Of a DNA stretch of 64,000 bases, positions 51,201 through 64,000 are shown one piece after another; positions within the stretch are counted from its first letter, which is position 1; each line of letters opens with the position of its first letter. The translations under genes were made by a program, and so were the position numbers. The DNA is from Azolla caroliniana (lineage: Eukaryota > Plantae > Polypodiophyta). The notes beneath the pieces were generated by a model. It was not told where the DNA came from, made no database searches, and saw only the letters and a program-made list of their open reading frames with translations. The stretch covers positions 7,440,001-7,504,000 of the forward strand of contig JBHGNT010000009.1 in the NCBI GenBank assembly GCA_043228905.1. The letters run 5' to 3'.

Positions 51201-52528
51201 TATATCTTTGGGGCACATACATATATAAGGGCAAGACATTCCTTGGTACAATTTAAGAATCAAACCGCCCAAAATCAAATAGTTAGAAGTTAAAATAGTG
51301 TTCATCAACGAGACTTACTACAAGTGATATGACTCAAAACCTTGGAAAATAGGTCTCAAGTTTGGGTCGTCACCGCATTTCTTTCAAGAAAAATTAGGAA
51401 AACAACAAGATAGAATTTTTTTGATAGGAATACAAAGAAACTAGCACAATCCAATTCAGCCTCAAATAGGAAAGAAATTGTTTTAATGTCAACAACAAAC
51501 TTTGTCAACTCCACTCTCCCTCCACAAAGCTCAGTCTTTCATGTGAAAAATATACTAGTAGTTATCATCTTCATACAAAGAACACATTGCTTTACCCATT
51601 GTCTCAAACTTTCATCGCTTCATGTTGTGCATTTATGTCTATAACAGAAAATGACACCTCTACATTGTCTCCAAATTGTAGCCTTGTTGACCTCGAAAGA
51701 AGCATGTGATAGCTCGTTTTTTCTTCTTTCTATGTAGAATGCAACCTACTCGTTTATAGTTCTCCAAAAAATACCATAGCATGAGTCAAGAAAATTCCCT
51801 CCACTCTTGTCATAAGTTTTTCTTTATGTCTATCTCTACTCTTCTTTTTGGCATGCATTACCTTCACTATAAATATTTATCACAAAATTATGTATGTGGC
51901 CTTCACCAAATTATAATTATGGACTAAGCCATATCCCAAACATAACACTCCTTGAACTAGATTCTTAAATTTATTTATGATTCATAACCCAATTTCTATG
52001 TTGTCAATGACGTTCACTTCGTCAATTGAATATCCTCCACTTTAGATCCAAAATCACTTCCACATATATCTCTTAAGGTCACATGTATGCTTAAGTAGAA
52101 ACCATGTGTATATCATGTACCAAATACAAAAGTTTGCTTGAGTTTGTCTTCTTCGTTTATTGCTCATTTCAGAAGTAAGGATCAACAACATATGTGCCTC
52201 CATGACCTTCATTCTATTTCACACTTATGAACTCATATTATTTACTCTATTGTGACTTGCATCAAGTTTTACACCCAATTCTAAGGGCATCATTTAGTTT
52301 GGAGTGATCGCTTTCACCCCGAGGTGGCACATCATAGGAGCATGTTTTATACTTTCTCAATATCTTCCATCTAAAGGGCGAATATGCTACCTCTTGAGAC
52401 CTCCGATCCCAAAATAGCAATGCTTGAGAGTGCTAATACATCAAAGAGTCCTCCGATCTTTGAAGAGTTGCTAGAGAGGAGAAGAAAACAATAAAATAAA
52501 ATAAAATAACACAAATTCATACCCTGGG

Positions 52529-55500
52529 TATTATAGATCTTAGTACTAATGTAAGCTTAAGATAAGGATAAAGTAATGATAGATAGAAAGGAGAAAGAGA
52601 AAGAAGGGTGCTGATCCACCCGACCACCCCCGAGCGAAGGGATCGAGACGGACTCGAGCCTCGATCGGCGTCCCATACCACCGCCGTGGCATCAAGTCGT
52701 ACCTGGTGCTGGCGCGCTCGCTACAAGAGTTGACCCACCACACGAGCAGAGTCTCGATGTAGTCAAAAGATGATCCAATGAGGGTAGCTAGGCCTCTTAT
52801 TTATAGCGATACCCAAGGCCCCCAAGCAAGTTCACAGTTGACCTAATGGGTTGTCTCAATCCCGAGGATTAAAAGTAATCCTCCCCTTCTTTACACTCTC
52901 GTTTAACCCTCACACTTATCCATGTGTATAGAATACTACGGTAAATTCTTACCACGGGATATTATATGGTCATGCCCGTAACATACTCCCCCTCTTTAAA
53001 ACATTGCACTCTTGCAATGGAAAGTTAGGGAAGTTAGTTCTAAGAGTATTTTCGCGTTCCCATGTGGCATCTTTTATTGATTTATCCATCCATTTTATTT
53101 TAAATTCTCGGATTTCTTTAGTACGTAATTTTTTTGTTTTAACATCGAGAATTCTTTCTGGTACATGTGGTTTAGAAGATAATTCTTCAGAAGTAACCAG
53201 AGTTTTAGTCGTAACTGTATTGTCGCCAGAACCTAGAAGTTCTTTTAGACGACTCACATGAAAGACTAGATGAATTCCGACACCATCGAGAAGAACGAGA
53301 CGATAGGCTGATGACCCAATGCGTTTGAGGACTGTAAAAGGTCCACAAAACCGTGGGGCTAACTTAGCGCACTTACCTATAGACAATGTCTTAGAATTGT
53401 GAGGTACACGTAAAAATACCTTCTGTCCAGGGTTGAATACACGAGGTTGCCTATGATGATGGGCATAAAAACGCGCTCTATCTTGAGCTGTTTTTATATT
53501 ATCTCATGCAATATGCAACATATCTTGCATATCCCGAAGAAAGTTTTGCGTACTTCGCAACTCATCATGATGTATATTAACATCAATCGGGGCTCGTGGC
53601 TGAAAACCATACATCAACATAAAAGGACTATATCCCGTCGACGTATGCTTGGAGCTGTTATAAGCAAACTCCAAAATTGGGAGATAACGTTCTCATTTTG
53701 TTGGTTTTGCACCAACGTATGCTCGAAGCATGTCCTCAATAATTTGATTTACTCGTTCTGTCTGTCCATCGGATTGAGGATGATCCGTGGAGCTCATGCT
53801 CAACGTAGTTTCTAACTTCTTAAAGACTTGTGTCCAGAAGTCACTAGTAAACTTTGGATCTCGATCACTCATGATATCCATCGGTAACCCATAAAAACGA
53901 AACAATTCGTCAACGAATTGGTAAGCCAATTCAGGAGCTGTTACCGTGGTTTTAGTAGCAATAAATCTGGCCATTTTAGTTAGTCCGTCAACAACAACCC
54001 AGATGGCATCATGACCTTTTTGGGTGTGAGGAAGGCTAACAATAAAATCCATGGATATACTTTCCCACTTATTATTGGGAATGTCCAAGGGATGTAAAAG
54101 TCTTGCGGCTTTAAGTCGCTCGGCTTTGTTAACCTGACACTGGTGACATTTAGTCACATAGCTATGTATGTCAGGACGCATCTTAGGCCAATAAAATTGA
54201 GTGAAGATGAGAACAAGTGTACAATGTATTCCAGGGTGCCCTGCTGAGGGTGCATCATGGCATTCAAAAAGAATCCGCTTTTTGACCTCGGGTAAATCTG
54301 GAACACAAACCTTCCCATTATGGTAGAGCAAATTGTTAGCAATGTGGAAGTATTCCTTCAAGGATGTGGTGGTGTCTGTTCCAGACTCAACTCTTGCCCA
54401 GTATTTTGCGAAATAACTGTCATCAGGATACTTTCCTCGAAGGTGATCATAAAGATCTGATGATATTGCAGTGAAGCTAAGCATGTTAACTTCACGGATG
54501 CGACTTAGTGCATCAGCGACAGTGTTCATGGAACCTTTACGATATCGTATGGAAAAATCAAAGTCCTGGATGAGATCAGCCCATCGTGCCTTACGACCTT
54601 TCAGGTCTTGTTGGTCACAAAAATATTTCAAGGACTCGTGGTCCGTAGTTACCACAAAGTGATTTCCATAAAGATAATGGCGCCATGTTTTGAGCGCATG
54701 TATAACTGCAAATAATTCCTTTTCTTGAACGGTATACCGACATTGAGCAGAATCAAGTTTCTTACTCTCGAATGCTATTGGTTTACCATCTTGATACAAG
54801 ACAGCACCTATAGCATAATCGCTTGCATCGGTTTCAACCTCAAAAGGTTTTGAAGGATCAGGTAAAAGAAGTGAAGGAGCCTTGCAAACCAGGTCCTTGA
54901 GTTCCTTAAAGGCAAGGTCTAGTGTAGCATTCCACACAATAGGTTTTGTAGACTTACGCGTTTGACCTTTTAAAAGATCAGTAAACGGCATCGTCAATTG
55001 GGAGTAATTACGAAGAGACTTTCGCAAAAACCCCACAAAACCAAGGAATGATCGAACTTCTCGAATATTCTGAAGAGTGGGCCAAAGCTTGATTTTCTCA
55101 ATGCGAGAAGGATCAATTTCAACTCCTCGTTCGGTTATGAGATGTCCTAGATAAGTAATTGATTTCTTGAAGAACTCACATTTTGAGATCTTTGCATAAA
55201 ACTGTTTGTCACGCAATGTTTGTAAAACAAAGCGGACATGTCTAGCATGTTCTTGTAATGTACGGCTATAAACTAAAATATCATCCAAGAAAATAACGAC
55301 AAATTTTCCAAGTTGTTCTCGGAAAATGTCATTCATTTCTTGTTGAAAAGTAGTCGGAGCATTGGTCAAACCAAAAGGCATAACCAAAAACTCATAATGG
55401 CCATAGTGCGTACGAAATGCCGTATTAGGAACATCGTCCTCACTTATTCGTATTTGATGGTAGCCAGTACGGAGATCAAGTTTCGTAAAATACCGAGCTC

Positions 55501-58500
55501 CTTGGAGACGATCAATTAGATCGTCAGCCCGGGGCAATGGGTACGAATTCTTGATCGTCACTTTATTCAAGCGTCGGTAATTAATACACATACGCCATGT
55601 GCCCTCTTTCTTTTTAACCAAGAGAACTGGTGCACCCCATGGAGATTTACTGTAACGTATATAACCCATTCGTAAATAGTCCTTGAGTTGCTTAGATACC
55701 TCATCTTCTTCGGATCGACTTAAGCGATACGGAGGTATACTTATTGGTGCAACACCAGGTACAATATCTATACGATGGTCTATATTACGTTTAGGAGGTA
55801 ACCCATCAGGTAGTTCACTTGGAAAAACATCATGAAAATCATTTAAGATTTCATCAAGTTGTTGTTATTCAAAATATGATAATTGAACCGGGACATTATC
55901 GATATTGTAAACGTGAATGTCTGGATCAAGTACACAATAAAATAACGTAGAACAAGACAACTCGGATATTGATGGACACGAGGAAACAATCGAGAGGGAT
56001 TGTTTTTTTACACATTGAATAAAATGCGTACAATCGTTCAGTACAAAAGAAATGGAATGACGAACCCAATCAATAAATAAAGAAGAGTTTTTATTATAAA
56101 ACCAGGGATAACCCAGTATTACATCGGTGGTACAAAGATTCATTACATGGAAGTCTACTTCCTCTATATAAGTATCAATAGAAATTCCTAATGAATGAAT
56201 CGCCTCGTTGATGTATTGTACTCTTCCATCGGCCAAGTGCACCGTGTAGGTGTGATCACTTACGATGGGTTGGATTCCCCATATCTGAACCAAACGATCA
56301 TTCACAAAATTGTGTGAGCTTCCCGAATCAAATAAAAATTGTACGGGAGATCCATTGATATACCCGTTTGCACGTAGTAAATCATTGGGACCCAATACAT
56401 AGTGAGGGAAAGAACATTGACAATTACTTAAATGATGTGTATACACCTGAAGGACATTAGGAATCTGACCTTTATGGTCTGCAGCTTTAGCTTTGTTGTC
56501 GTGCTCTTTCCGTTGGAGCTTTCAACATTGATCTTTTGTATGACCCTTCTTTTTGCAAAATACACAAAAAGGATGTTGTCGCTTACAATCGTGATCCAGG
56601 AATTCGTTGGGTGTCTTGCGTTTCCCAACAAATTGCGACTGCTTAGTCCCGGGCGCTTCGTTGGGTTTGTTATGGTCCTTCTTCGAAGTGCGTTGATAGC
56701 GAAGAACTATTTCAACGGCCTCTTCGAAGGATTTTGGATCCTTATCGTGCACTATCCAGTGATAGTCCGAATTGGGGATGTCATTGACAAAACAAGCTAT
56801 CAACCAATTGTCCCCTTCTAGACCCGATTTTTGGATTTGGGTTCTAGCATGGTGAACATAGTCTTCTAGCGAGGAAAATTTCTTGCTAGAGAGGTTCATT
56901 AAAGCTTGTGCTGCCTCGGTTCGAGAGGGAGGTTGCAGAAATTGGCCCTTAAAAACCGTGACAAAATCTGTCCAAGTATCGGGCAATTTCCCCATAGTAC
57001 GGAGGCCACGCCACCAGGCGGCGACCTTACCCCCGAGTTCTCGGCCAACATATGCAATCTTCGTACTATCTGGCGTGGGATAGAGCTCAAAATGAGACTC
57101 CCATCGTCCCAGCCATGTGCAGATTGCTTCTTCGGTTCTTTCCTTTTTGTCTCCGGTAAATGGCTTAACGACAAATGATGGTTCACCTTGTCGCTCATCA
57201 GGTCTATTAGTCTCACGTTGTAGACTAATGACACGTGCCTCAAGAGCACTCTGAGATTGCCGAAGTTCGGTCATCTGTTGAGCGGTGAAACTAAGGTATT
57301 GGGTTATTTGTGCCAAATACATCTCAGTGGACATTTGTCCAGGAGGATTCCCTTGAGTTCCTTCCGCTTGAGCGGATGACATCGGGTCGTTAATTTGAGC
57401 CATTAAAGATTATTTCTGGAAAAGAAATAGGATAAGGTCAGAGATATAGTCATAACATCATGTCGTGATGTAAACATATCATGGGCGAGCATTAATCGAT
57501 ATCATTATCTCACGTCAATACCCCTCTAAACGTATGAGATGAGGTTCAAGATCAGGTTACTATGGTAACACAAAGGTGTTTTAAAAACCATGGGGGTGAC
57601 AAATAAATGTCTTTCCCTGATCTCTATATCGATTTTTTCATGGTGGCTCCCCGAGGCTCAACCATGTATGTTCGTGTCATGAATTGTTTATACACGAAAA
57701 AAATGTTAATAATAAACTATGTTTCGGTGCCCACATATGTGGTTTCGGCTCTTTAAGTCCTATTACGAGGACCCCGAGGTGCACTTAGACCTTAAGTCTA
57801 AACATGTGTTATAGTCATATGTATCAAGGATGTTGTATGGTCTTGGTCATATTTGAACTCGAGACCTCGAGAACAAATACATTAAACACTTGAGCCAACC
57901 AAGTAAGTTGCTCTTCTCAAATGCTTAATGTTTGATGCGTATAAGAGATATGCGAGATCATATATGTTTTTTTTCAAAGAACATATATGTCAAGGGTCCT
58001 TATTTCGCCCTCATTTACCAAAACTATGTTGGTACGTGACCTATCCTCAAGTCTCGTAATTACGATGGCATACGCCAAAGTGCAACCTAATGGTCAAGCC
58101 AAATGAGCCCTTGTTTCGTAGTAGGCTCACGTGGGCCATCACATGGTCACGTCATTACGAATGCCTCTCGTAAGAACGAGCTCATGGTGGCATCGTATCC
58201 ATGTAACGAGGGAGGGATGTTGGATACGTGCGTCATTGGAGCGACCTCACTTGAAGTGGGTCAAGCCCTACGTACTCAACATCATTTTGGCTATTGGCGT
58301 TTCTTTACGTAACGAAATCGAGGTCGTCAACGGGGTTATCAACAATAAAAAAATGTTGAAAAAGGGATGGTGACAACGCCATTCTCACAAAAATGTGAGG
58401 ACGGCCACCAACATCCTTTTCCCGACCAGGACAACTTTCGACATAATCATGTAATAACGAATATACACATATGTTTACTTTTCACATATATACGATCAAA

Positions 58501-59541
58501 TACGTATATATGTGACCACATATGCCTATATTAAACATATCGTTATATTAAATAGCCACAAATGATGTGATCGAGATACGTAATCGAGGTATATACCTCT
58601 ACGCACACGAAACATCCACAAATAAGAGATCATCGTAATACGTAATTGAGGTATTGACCTCTTACGCATACGAGACCAACCGCATATCGTTTACAACAAA
58701 TCAAGGTATTAAACTCATACGCAAATGTAACATATGTTCGTGAACGTAATACGTAATTGAGGTATTAACCTCGTACACATACGACACTCATCACATATTA
58801 TTAATATGTCAAACGAGGTATTGACCTCGTGCACATATGTAAACGTTTTAGATAATCAATTAAAGACCACTACAACATCATTGACTTAATGAAAAAAATT
58901 GACATATAAACTAAACACATGATTAGATGGGAGAAGAGAGAATAGAAAGAAAAATTATGGAAAGAGTTACCGAAGTTCTTTGTTGATCGTTGTTTGGATC
59001 AAGGCCAACCGCACAACGATCGATCAGCATCAATCAAAAGACAAATGAAAAACAAAGAAACATTAGTACAAAAATCTGATACCAAATATTATAGATCTTA
59101 GTACTAATGTAAGCTTAAGATAAGGATAAAGTAATGATAGATAGAAAGGAGAAAGAGAAAGAAGGGTGCCGATCCACCCGACCACCCCCGAGCGAAGGGA
59201 TCGAGACGGACTCGAGCCTCGATCGGCGTCCCATACCACCGCCGTGGCGTCAAGTCGTACCTGGTGCTGGCGCGCTCGCTACAAGAGTTGACCCACCACA
59301 CGAGCAGAGTCTCGATGTAGTCAAAAGATGATCCAATGAGGGTAGCTAGGCCTCTTATTTATAGCGATACCCAAGGCCCCCAGGCAAGTTCACACTTGAC
59401 CTAATGGGTTGTCTCAATCCCGAGGATTAAAAGTAATCCTCCCCTTCTTTACACTCTCGTTTAACCCTCACACTTATCCATGTGTATAGAATACTACGGT
59501 AAATTCTTACCACGGGATATTATATGGTCATGCCCGTAACA
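52529..59541 (-). mobile_element. Young Ty3/Gypsy chromovirus G. LTRs 52529-52983 and 59087-59541 (455 bp each); single-frame gag-pol 57403 to ~52970 with a few point stops
   Basis: About 4 substitutions between the LTRs by eye; TSD ctggg/ttggg; iMet PBS complement tctgatacca ending at 59084; PPT complement tactccccctcttt. Motifs: gag CVFCKKKGH, LFDSGSSHNF, RT FLDD, RNase H, integrase, chromodomain-like PERILD..KW...DATWE. Confidence 0.95.
58575..58840. repeat. Five 55-62-bp degenerate tandem units, each with a GAGGT-N4-ACCTC hairpin core, in the long 5' leader of element G
   Basis: Cores at 58586, 58648, 58703 (degenerate), 58759 and 58815. Confidence 0.8.
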
Positions 59542-59819
59542 TTGGGCAACCCATTCTTGGGCAATTATGTGTGCCATTTGAGCTAAGCGTAAGTCTAATC
59601 AATTCAACGCTATTTTTCTCAACCGTATGTACTATTCGAGCAATTGTGCATCCCCCCAATAATGAGTGTATCTCTTCATGTGGAGTTGTTCGCGAAACTA
59701 CTTGGAAGTTAAGGGAGACAATGAGAAAAAGTGTGGGTTTTTGGTTTTGGGACAATGAAAGAGACCATCAGAAGTGCAAGCTTTGTGTCAGCTGTATGAA
59801 CTTTGAAGTTTGAAGAAGG

Positions 59820-62285
59820 ATGATTATCAATCACTCTGAGCTCCTCTTCATCACCATCTCAGTAGAAAGAGGTGTATTCTCTCTCACTCTGATTTTCATG
59901 GTCAGTGGCAGGGGATGCATCCCCTCCCTCTCTATGAGCTTGAAGAATGTGAGGTCCAAGCATTTTGATCAAACTATCCCATTCGCCTCAAACAAACAAC
60001 TTGAGTTAGCCATGGAAGAGCTTTCTCACATGGAACAGGTTCCTCCCCTTCATTTTTACCTTTCCATTTTAAAGGCTTGTCAGACGGAGAAGTCGGTTTT
60101 CCATGTAAAATTCATCCAATCTCATCTTTCCTCACATAAAGTCAATATTTCGGGTTTCCTCGGTGATTATTTGGTTGTATCGCTAGCAAAATGTGGTGCT
60201 ATCGACGATGCTCTGTTGTTATCTAGGGGTTTAAGTTATAGATCAGTTTTCTCGTGGACAGCTATAATCACTTCATGTACAGAATGCGGTCGATACCAAG
60301 ATGCCCTTGCATTGCATCGATCTATGCTCGATGATCTTGTTGAACCTGACAATTTCACATATGTTAGCCTCTTTCAAGCATGTGGTAATTTATATGATGT
60401 TGAAGAAGGTAGAAAGCTGCATGGAAATGCATGCAAAAAAGGATATGTTTCACATTCCTTCGTGGGGAATAGCCTTGTGAGTATGTACGGGAAATGTGGA
60501 TGTGTTGAAGAAGCTGAGAATGTCTTTACTGGATTAGTTGAGCGAAATATCGTGTCTTGGAATTCTATGCTTGTTGTGTATAACGAACAGAATAAAGCCA
60601 TAAAAGCGTTGAGATTGTATAGACAAATGCAAGAGGAAGGATTGATGCCGAACCAAGCAACTTTTGTTATATCACTTCAGATATGTGGTAATCTAGTTGA
60701 GAAACAAGATCTCCCTAATGCTTTGGATATCGGTTGGGCATTATATTCTAAAGCAAGGAAAAATGGATTTGGTTCAGATCTTCCTGTTAGTAATGCCTTC
60801 TTAAGCATGTGCTCAAAATGTGACACACTTTCAGAAACAGAGAATGTGTTCTCATGTTTATTCCAACACGACATTATATCATGGAATACAATGATCTCAG
60901 CTTATGTCGAACAAGGAAAAGGAGTAAAAGCTCTTCAACTATATACGAAAATCTATGCAATTTCAAACGAGTTGACTCTGGTGATGCTACTTATGGCATG
61001 TGTTATTGTAGCTGATGAGGAAGAAACTAGCACTCAGAATACCAAAATGATCATCGTGGAGATTGGCCAGGCAATACATAGAGATGCTTGCATCAATGGA
61101 TTTGCTTCTGATACTATGTTTGGTACTTCCCTTGTGACTTTCTATGGAAAATGTGGAATGATTGATGAAGCGGAGGATGTATTTACAAAGTTGCCTCAAC
61201 AACGTAACATTGTATCATGGAATACTATGCTTTCTGCCTACGTTGAGCAGGGGCAAGGAGCAAGAGCATTGCAATTATACCGACAAATGCATGAAGAAGG
61301 TGTCAAAACAGATATATTATCGATCACAATTGCTCTCCGAGCCTGCACATTACTTGTTATTACAGCTTTAGAGATTGGTGAAGGGTTACATTCCGATGCT
61401 AGAAAGAAATGTTTTGATTCTGATATATTTCTAGGCAACGCACTTATTCACATGTATACAAAATTTGGTGTTATTGAGGCAGCGGAGAATGTATTTTATC
61501 AGCTTTCTGAATGTGGGGAGCTCTCTTTGGCTGCAATGTTATCAGCTTATGCAGAACTTCATGAAGGAGAAAAAGCCCTATTGTTGTATAATTATGTTCA
61601 AGATAATAAGCATGTGCCATTATCTGATACCGCATTCATTTCTATTCTGAAGGCATGTAGTCAAGAAGGGTCTTTGGAGTTATGTAAATATCTTCATTTT
61701 CTTATCATCTTCGCTTGTTTCAACCCGAATCTTGTACTGTTAGAATCCACTCTAATTTGTGCATATAGGGGTTGTGCTAGTATTATTGATGCCGAGGCTG
61801 TATTTGATGGGCTGCAGAATCCAGATATAGTTGCATGGAATGCATGTATCGATGGATATGGAGGGCAAGGAAATTCTTTATCAAGCCTCGGAACAATTGA
61901 TAAACTTCAACAAGAAGGTGTGAATCCCAACAAAGCAACTTTTACTTCAGCTCTAAGTGCTTTTAGCCATGGTGGTCTTGTGAACCAAGGGGTACAATGT
62001 ATCATCACTATGAAACAACAGTACGGTGTAAATCCTGATTTGAAGCATTATAGCAGCATGATTGACCTTCTTGGTAGGGCGGGGGACTTCAAGAGGTTAA
62101 TTAGTTTATTAACTCATATACAGCTTTTTGGTTATGTGAAGGCAGATGCAACTTTGTGGTTGTGTGTATTGGGTGCATGCAGAATACATGGAAATCACGA
62201 ACTAGGGAAATTGGCATTCAATAATGCGCTAAAACTGCAACCAAATGATCCAGCTGCCTATATTTTGATGTCTAATTTGGTGTAA
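59820..62285 (+). CDS. PLS-class pentatricopeptide repeat protein with a C-terminal E-domain part and no DYW domain; probable organellar RNA-editing factor. True start may be a downstream Met
   Basis: Intact intronless 821-aa ORF with repeated 'NSLVSMYGKCG...A..VF.....NIVSWN.M...Y' motifs, ending 'HYSSMIDLLGRAG...W..VLGACRIHGN.ELGK.AF..ALKLQPNDPAAYILMSN'. Confidence 0.93.
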   Translation: MIINHSELLFITISVERGVFSLTLIFMVSGRGCIPSLSMSLKNVRSKHFDQTIPFASNKQLELAMEELSHMEQVPPLHFYLSILKACQTEKSVFHVKFIQSHLSSHKVNISGFLGDYLVVSLAKCGAIDDALLLSRGLSYRSVFSWTAIITSCTECGRYQDALALHRSMLDDLVEPDNFTYVSLFQACGNLYDVEEGRKLHGNACKKGYVSHSFVGNSLVSMYGKCGCVEEAENVFTGLVERNIVSWNSMLVVYNEQNKAIKALRLYRQMQEEGLMPNQATFVISLQICGNLVEKQDLPNALDIGWALYSKARKNGFGSDLPVSNAFLSMCSKCDTLSETENVFSCLFQHDIISWNTMISAYVEQGKGVKALQLYTKIYAISNELTLVMLLMACVIVADEEETSTQNTKMIIVEIGQAIHRDACINGFASDTMFGTSLVTFYGKCGMIDEAEDVFTKLPQQRNIVSWNTMLSAYVEQGQGARALQLYRQMHEEGVKTDILSITIALRACTLLVITALEIGEGLHSDARKKCFDSDIFLGNALIHMYTKFGVIEAAENVFYQLSECGELSLAAMLSAYAELHEGEKALLLYNYVQDNKHVPLSDTAFISILKACSQEGSLELCKYLHFLIIFACFNPNLVLLESTLICAYRGCASIIDAEAVFDGLQNPDIVAWNACIDGYGGQGNSLSSLGTIDKLQQEGVNPNKATFTSALSAFSHGGLVNQGVQCIITMKQQYGVNPDLKHYSSMIDLLGRAGDFKRLISLLTHIQLFGYVKADATLWLCVLGACRIHGNHELGKLAFNNALKLQPNDPAAYILMSNLV

Positions 62286-63065
62286 TGATAAGACATAAGG
62301 AATGTATAGAAATGAAATGAGACAGAGAGAATGCAAGATTCTTTAGTTGGATGGATTTTCAATTCCACATTGGAGTATCCCAATATCCACTAGTAGGAGT
62401 TCAATATCTTTATTAATTTAGGATTGTTCAATAAATTAATCACCAACAAAAGGTAGCCTCACCAACAAAAGGTAAATGACTGACCAATTATGGATTTTCT
62501 ACGAGTAGATCTATCACACGCATGTAATTTTTGTACAAAATTCCTGTCAATTCGTCTATTTCTCATCATTTACAAATCATTCAATGCACAAAAATCCATT
62601 TTCCCAGCACTGATTTGGAGCATTTTAGTTGATAGAACATATGAAAGGTTGCCTCCCATTAAATCCAAAATTTCAAATGTAATGTGTCCATATCATTGTT
62701 TCGAAGTGCCTGATATGGAATAGTGTTACCACTCAACTTGCTGAAAATTATATAACACTAAAAATACAACTACTGTCTTGATTTGAAGAGATGTAATCAC
62801 TTTTTATTTCAGGTGAATGGAAGAAAATTCCACACCACAATGTAGCAACATCAGCCTCAATTGCTGAAAAGAATAAATCCGGAACCTATGAATGGCTTTT
62901 AAAAGAAGAAACTGTTACTACCCAAAACTCTTTTCATAGCACATCAGGGCTGACTTATGAAGAGTGTTAATGAGGGCCGCTTTCAATCAATTGAAAAGAA
63001 GGCCATACGTTAAAGAAAAAGTACATTCATTCTAATATCTTCGCAAGCTATTAGAGAAAAATCCT

Positions 63066-63143
63066 CTAGAGATCCAAACTCCAAGTCTTCTCAAATGAAA
63101 CCTTGGGGTTTATCTTTTCACCTGCTTTTATAGTGCATGCAAC
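63066..63143 (-). CDS. OEP24: OEP24-like outer envelope pore protein, terminal exon
   Basis: After the acceptor cag (63146-63144) the exon reads VACTIKAGEKINPKVSFEKTWSLDL*, resembling the OEP24 C-terminus; phase 0 matches the preceding exon. Confidence 0.82.
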   Translation of the reverse strand, partial: VACTIKAGEKINPKVSFEKTWSLDL

Positions 63144-63471
63144 CTGTATCACGAAAACCTTAACATCATTAGAGGCAAGGAATTCCTTGAAAGTTTATGA
63201 GCTATATTGTGTATACAAATTAAGCATATAAACACAGACAGATATATATGTCTATTAAGTGCAACCATTTGTGTGTGTGTTTACACATACATTACATATG
63301 TATATAGTTATGCATATAATGTATAACATGTATATATCATATAAATATACATAGAATATGCAATATATAATCAATACGCATACGTATGCACAGACATATA
63401 TGATATGCATGCACACTTGCATACACACATAAGTAGTGATGAAAAAGGAGGTCTAAAGAACAGCAGCTCAC

Positions 63472-63831
63472 CTTCAAAGAACCTGCTTGCTTGAAATTTT
63501 TTGTCCATTCCAGGCCTGTCACATTCTTAGAGGTCTCATAAGAAAGCTTGACTGTATTCCCTTCCCCCAGAGTTTGTGATGCAGTGTAATTCCAAGCCTC
63601 TGTGTTAAAATCATAGGCAGGCTCCAATGTGGTGCCAGAGCTGTTCACATATGTATACTTCACTGACCCTTTTCCAGATTGAAAGCTAAATTTTCCAGTC
63701 ACCTTATTCTCGGAATTAAAAGCCAATGTGCTTTCTAATACAGTGGCATTAGTCTTTTGAGGGTGAATATATGTCAGGTTTACCTGTTTACCAAAAACTT
63801 TGGCCGAGTTCATGAACTGAAACTTGGCAGC
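63472..63831 (-). CDS. OEP24: OEP24-like chloroplast outer envelope pore protein, internal exon (upstream exon lies outside the window)
   Basis: 360-nt exon between an AG acceptor and a GTGAG donor: AAKFQFMNSAKVFGKQVNLTYIH...NKV...KYTY....LEPAYDFNTEAWNY...SYETSKNVTGLEW....GSLK, matching plant OEP24. Confidence 0.88.
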
Positions 63832-64000
63832 CTACACAAAAATAATTGAATAAATGACCTTGTGAGTTATGATAAAAGAAAAACTAGTTTTAGTGCTTTC
63901 ACACAACCATCTTTACAAAGTTACGCATTCATTACGATTTCTGATTGATTCCACAATACAACCATCTTTACAGCTTCTTTATTCAAGCGACCTAAAAATG

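Noticed and set aside
51230-52528. Possible decayed retroelement flanking element G
   Set aside because: AT-rich with no ORF, termini or motif that I could identify with confidence.
58575-58840. CRISPR-like repeat-spacer array
   Set aside because: Eukaryotic retroelement leader with no cas genes; the repeats are degenerate and the 'spacers' are related to each other.
63337-63471. C-terminal extension of the OEP24 ORF (VSCCSLDLLFHH...)
   Set aside because: Read-through into an intron after the GTGAG donor at 63471; the true last exon is 63066-63143.

Overview
Eukaryotic plant nuclear DNA, probably a fern or other seed-free vascular plant (inferred from the PLS-PPR style, the long-N-terminus HAM protein and a self-priming Tcn1-type retroelement). 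There are three host genes. A miR171-targeted HAM/SCL6-type GRAS gene (3307-5999+) runs into a 100-N scaffold gap. A single-exon PLS-E PPR gene lies at 59820-62285+. The last two exons of an OEP24-like plastid outer-envelope channel lie at 63066-63831 (-). Between them is about 53 kb of nested transposons whose boundaries can mostly be resolved from LTRs, PBS/PPT motifs and target-site duplications (TSDs): six Ty1/Copia elements, two chromodomain Ty3/Gypsy elements, five solo LTRs, a MITE, and CACTA-like and Sola2-like transposase relics. The most unusual object is a non-autonomous, tRNA-Arg-primed LTR element (34124-49473, about 3.4 kb once a nested Copia is removed). It has three LTR copies and two outward-facing U3 ends bounded by one 5-bp TSD, which creates a ~340-bp-arm hairpin. 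It has no recognisable gag/pol, and instead carries intron-free fragments of host genes: the meiotic crossover gene HEI10 (antisense) and probably GLE1. A nested Tcn1-like element shows a Tf1-style self-priming PBS and a complete -1 ribosomal frameshift signal. All protein identifications are by eye and from memory of the families; no searches were run.
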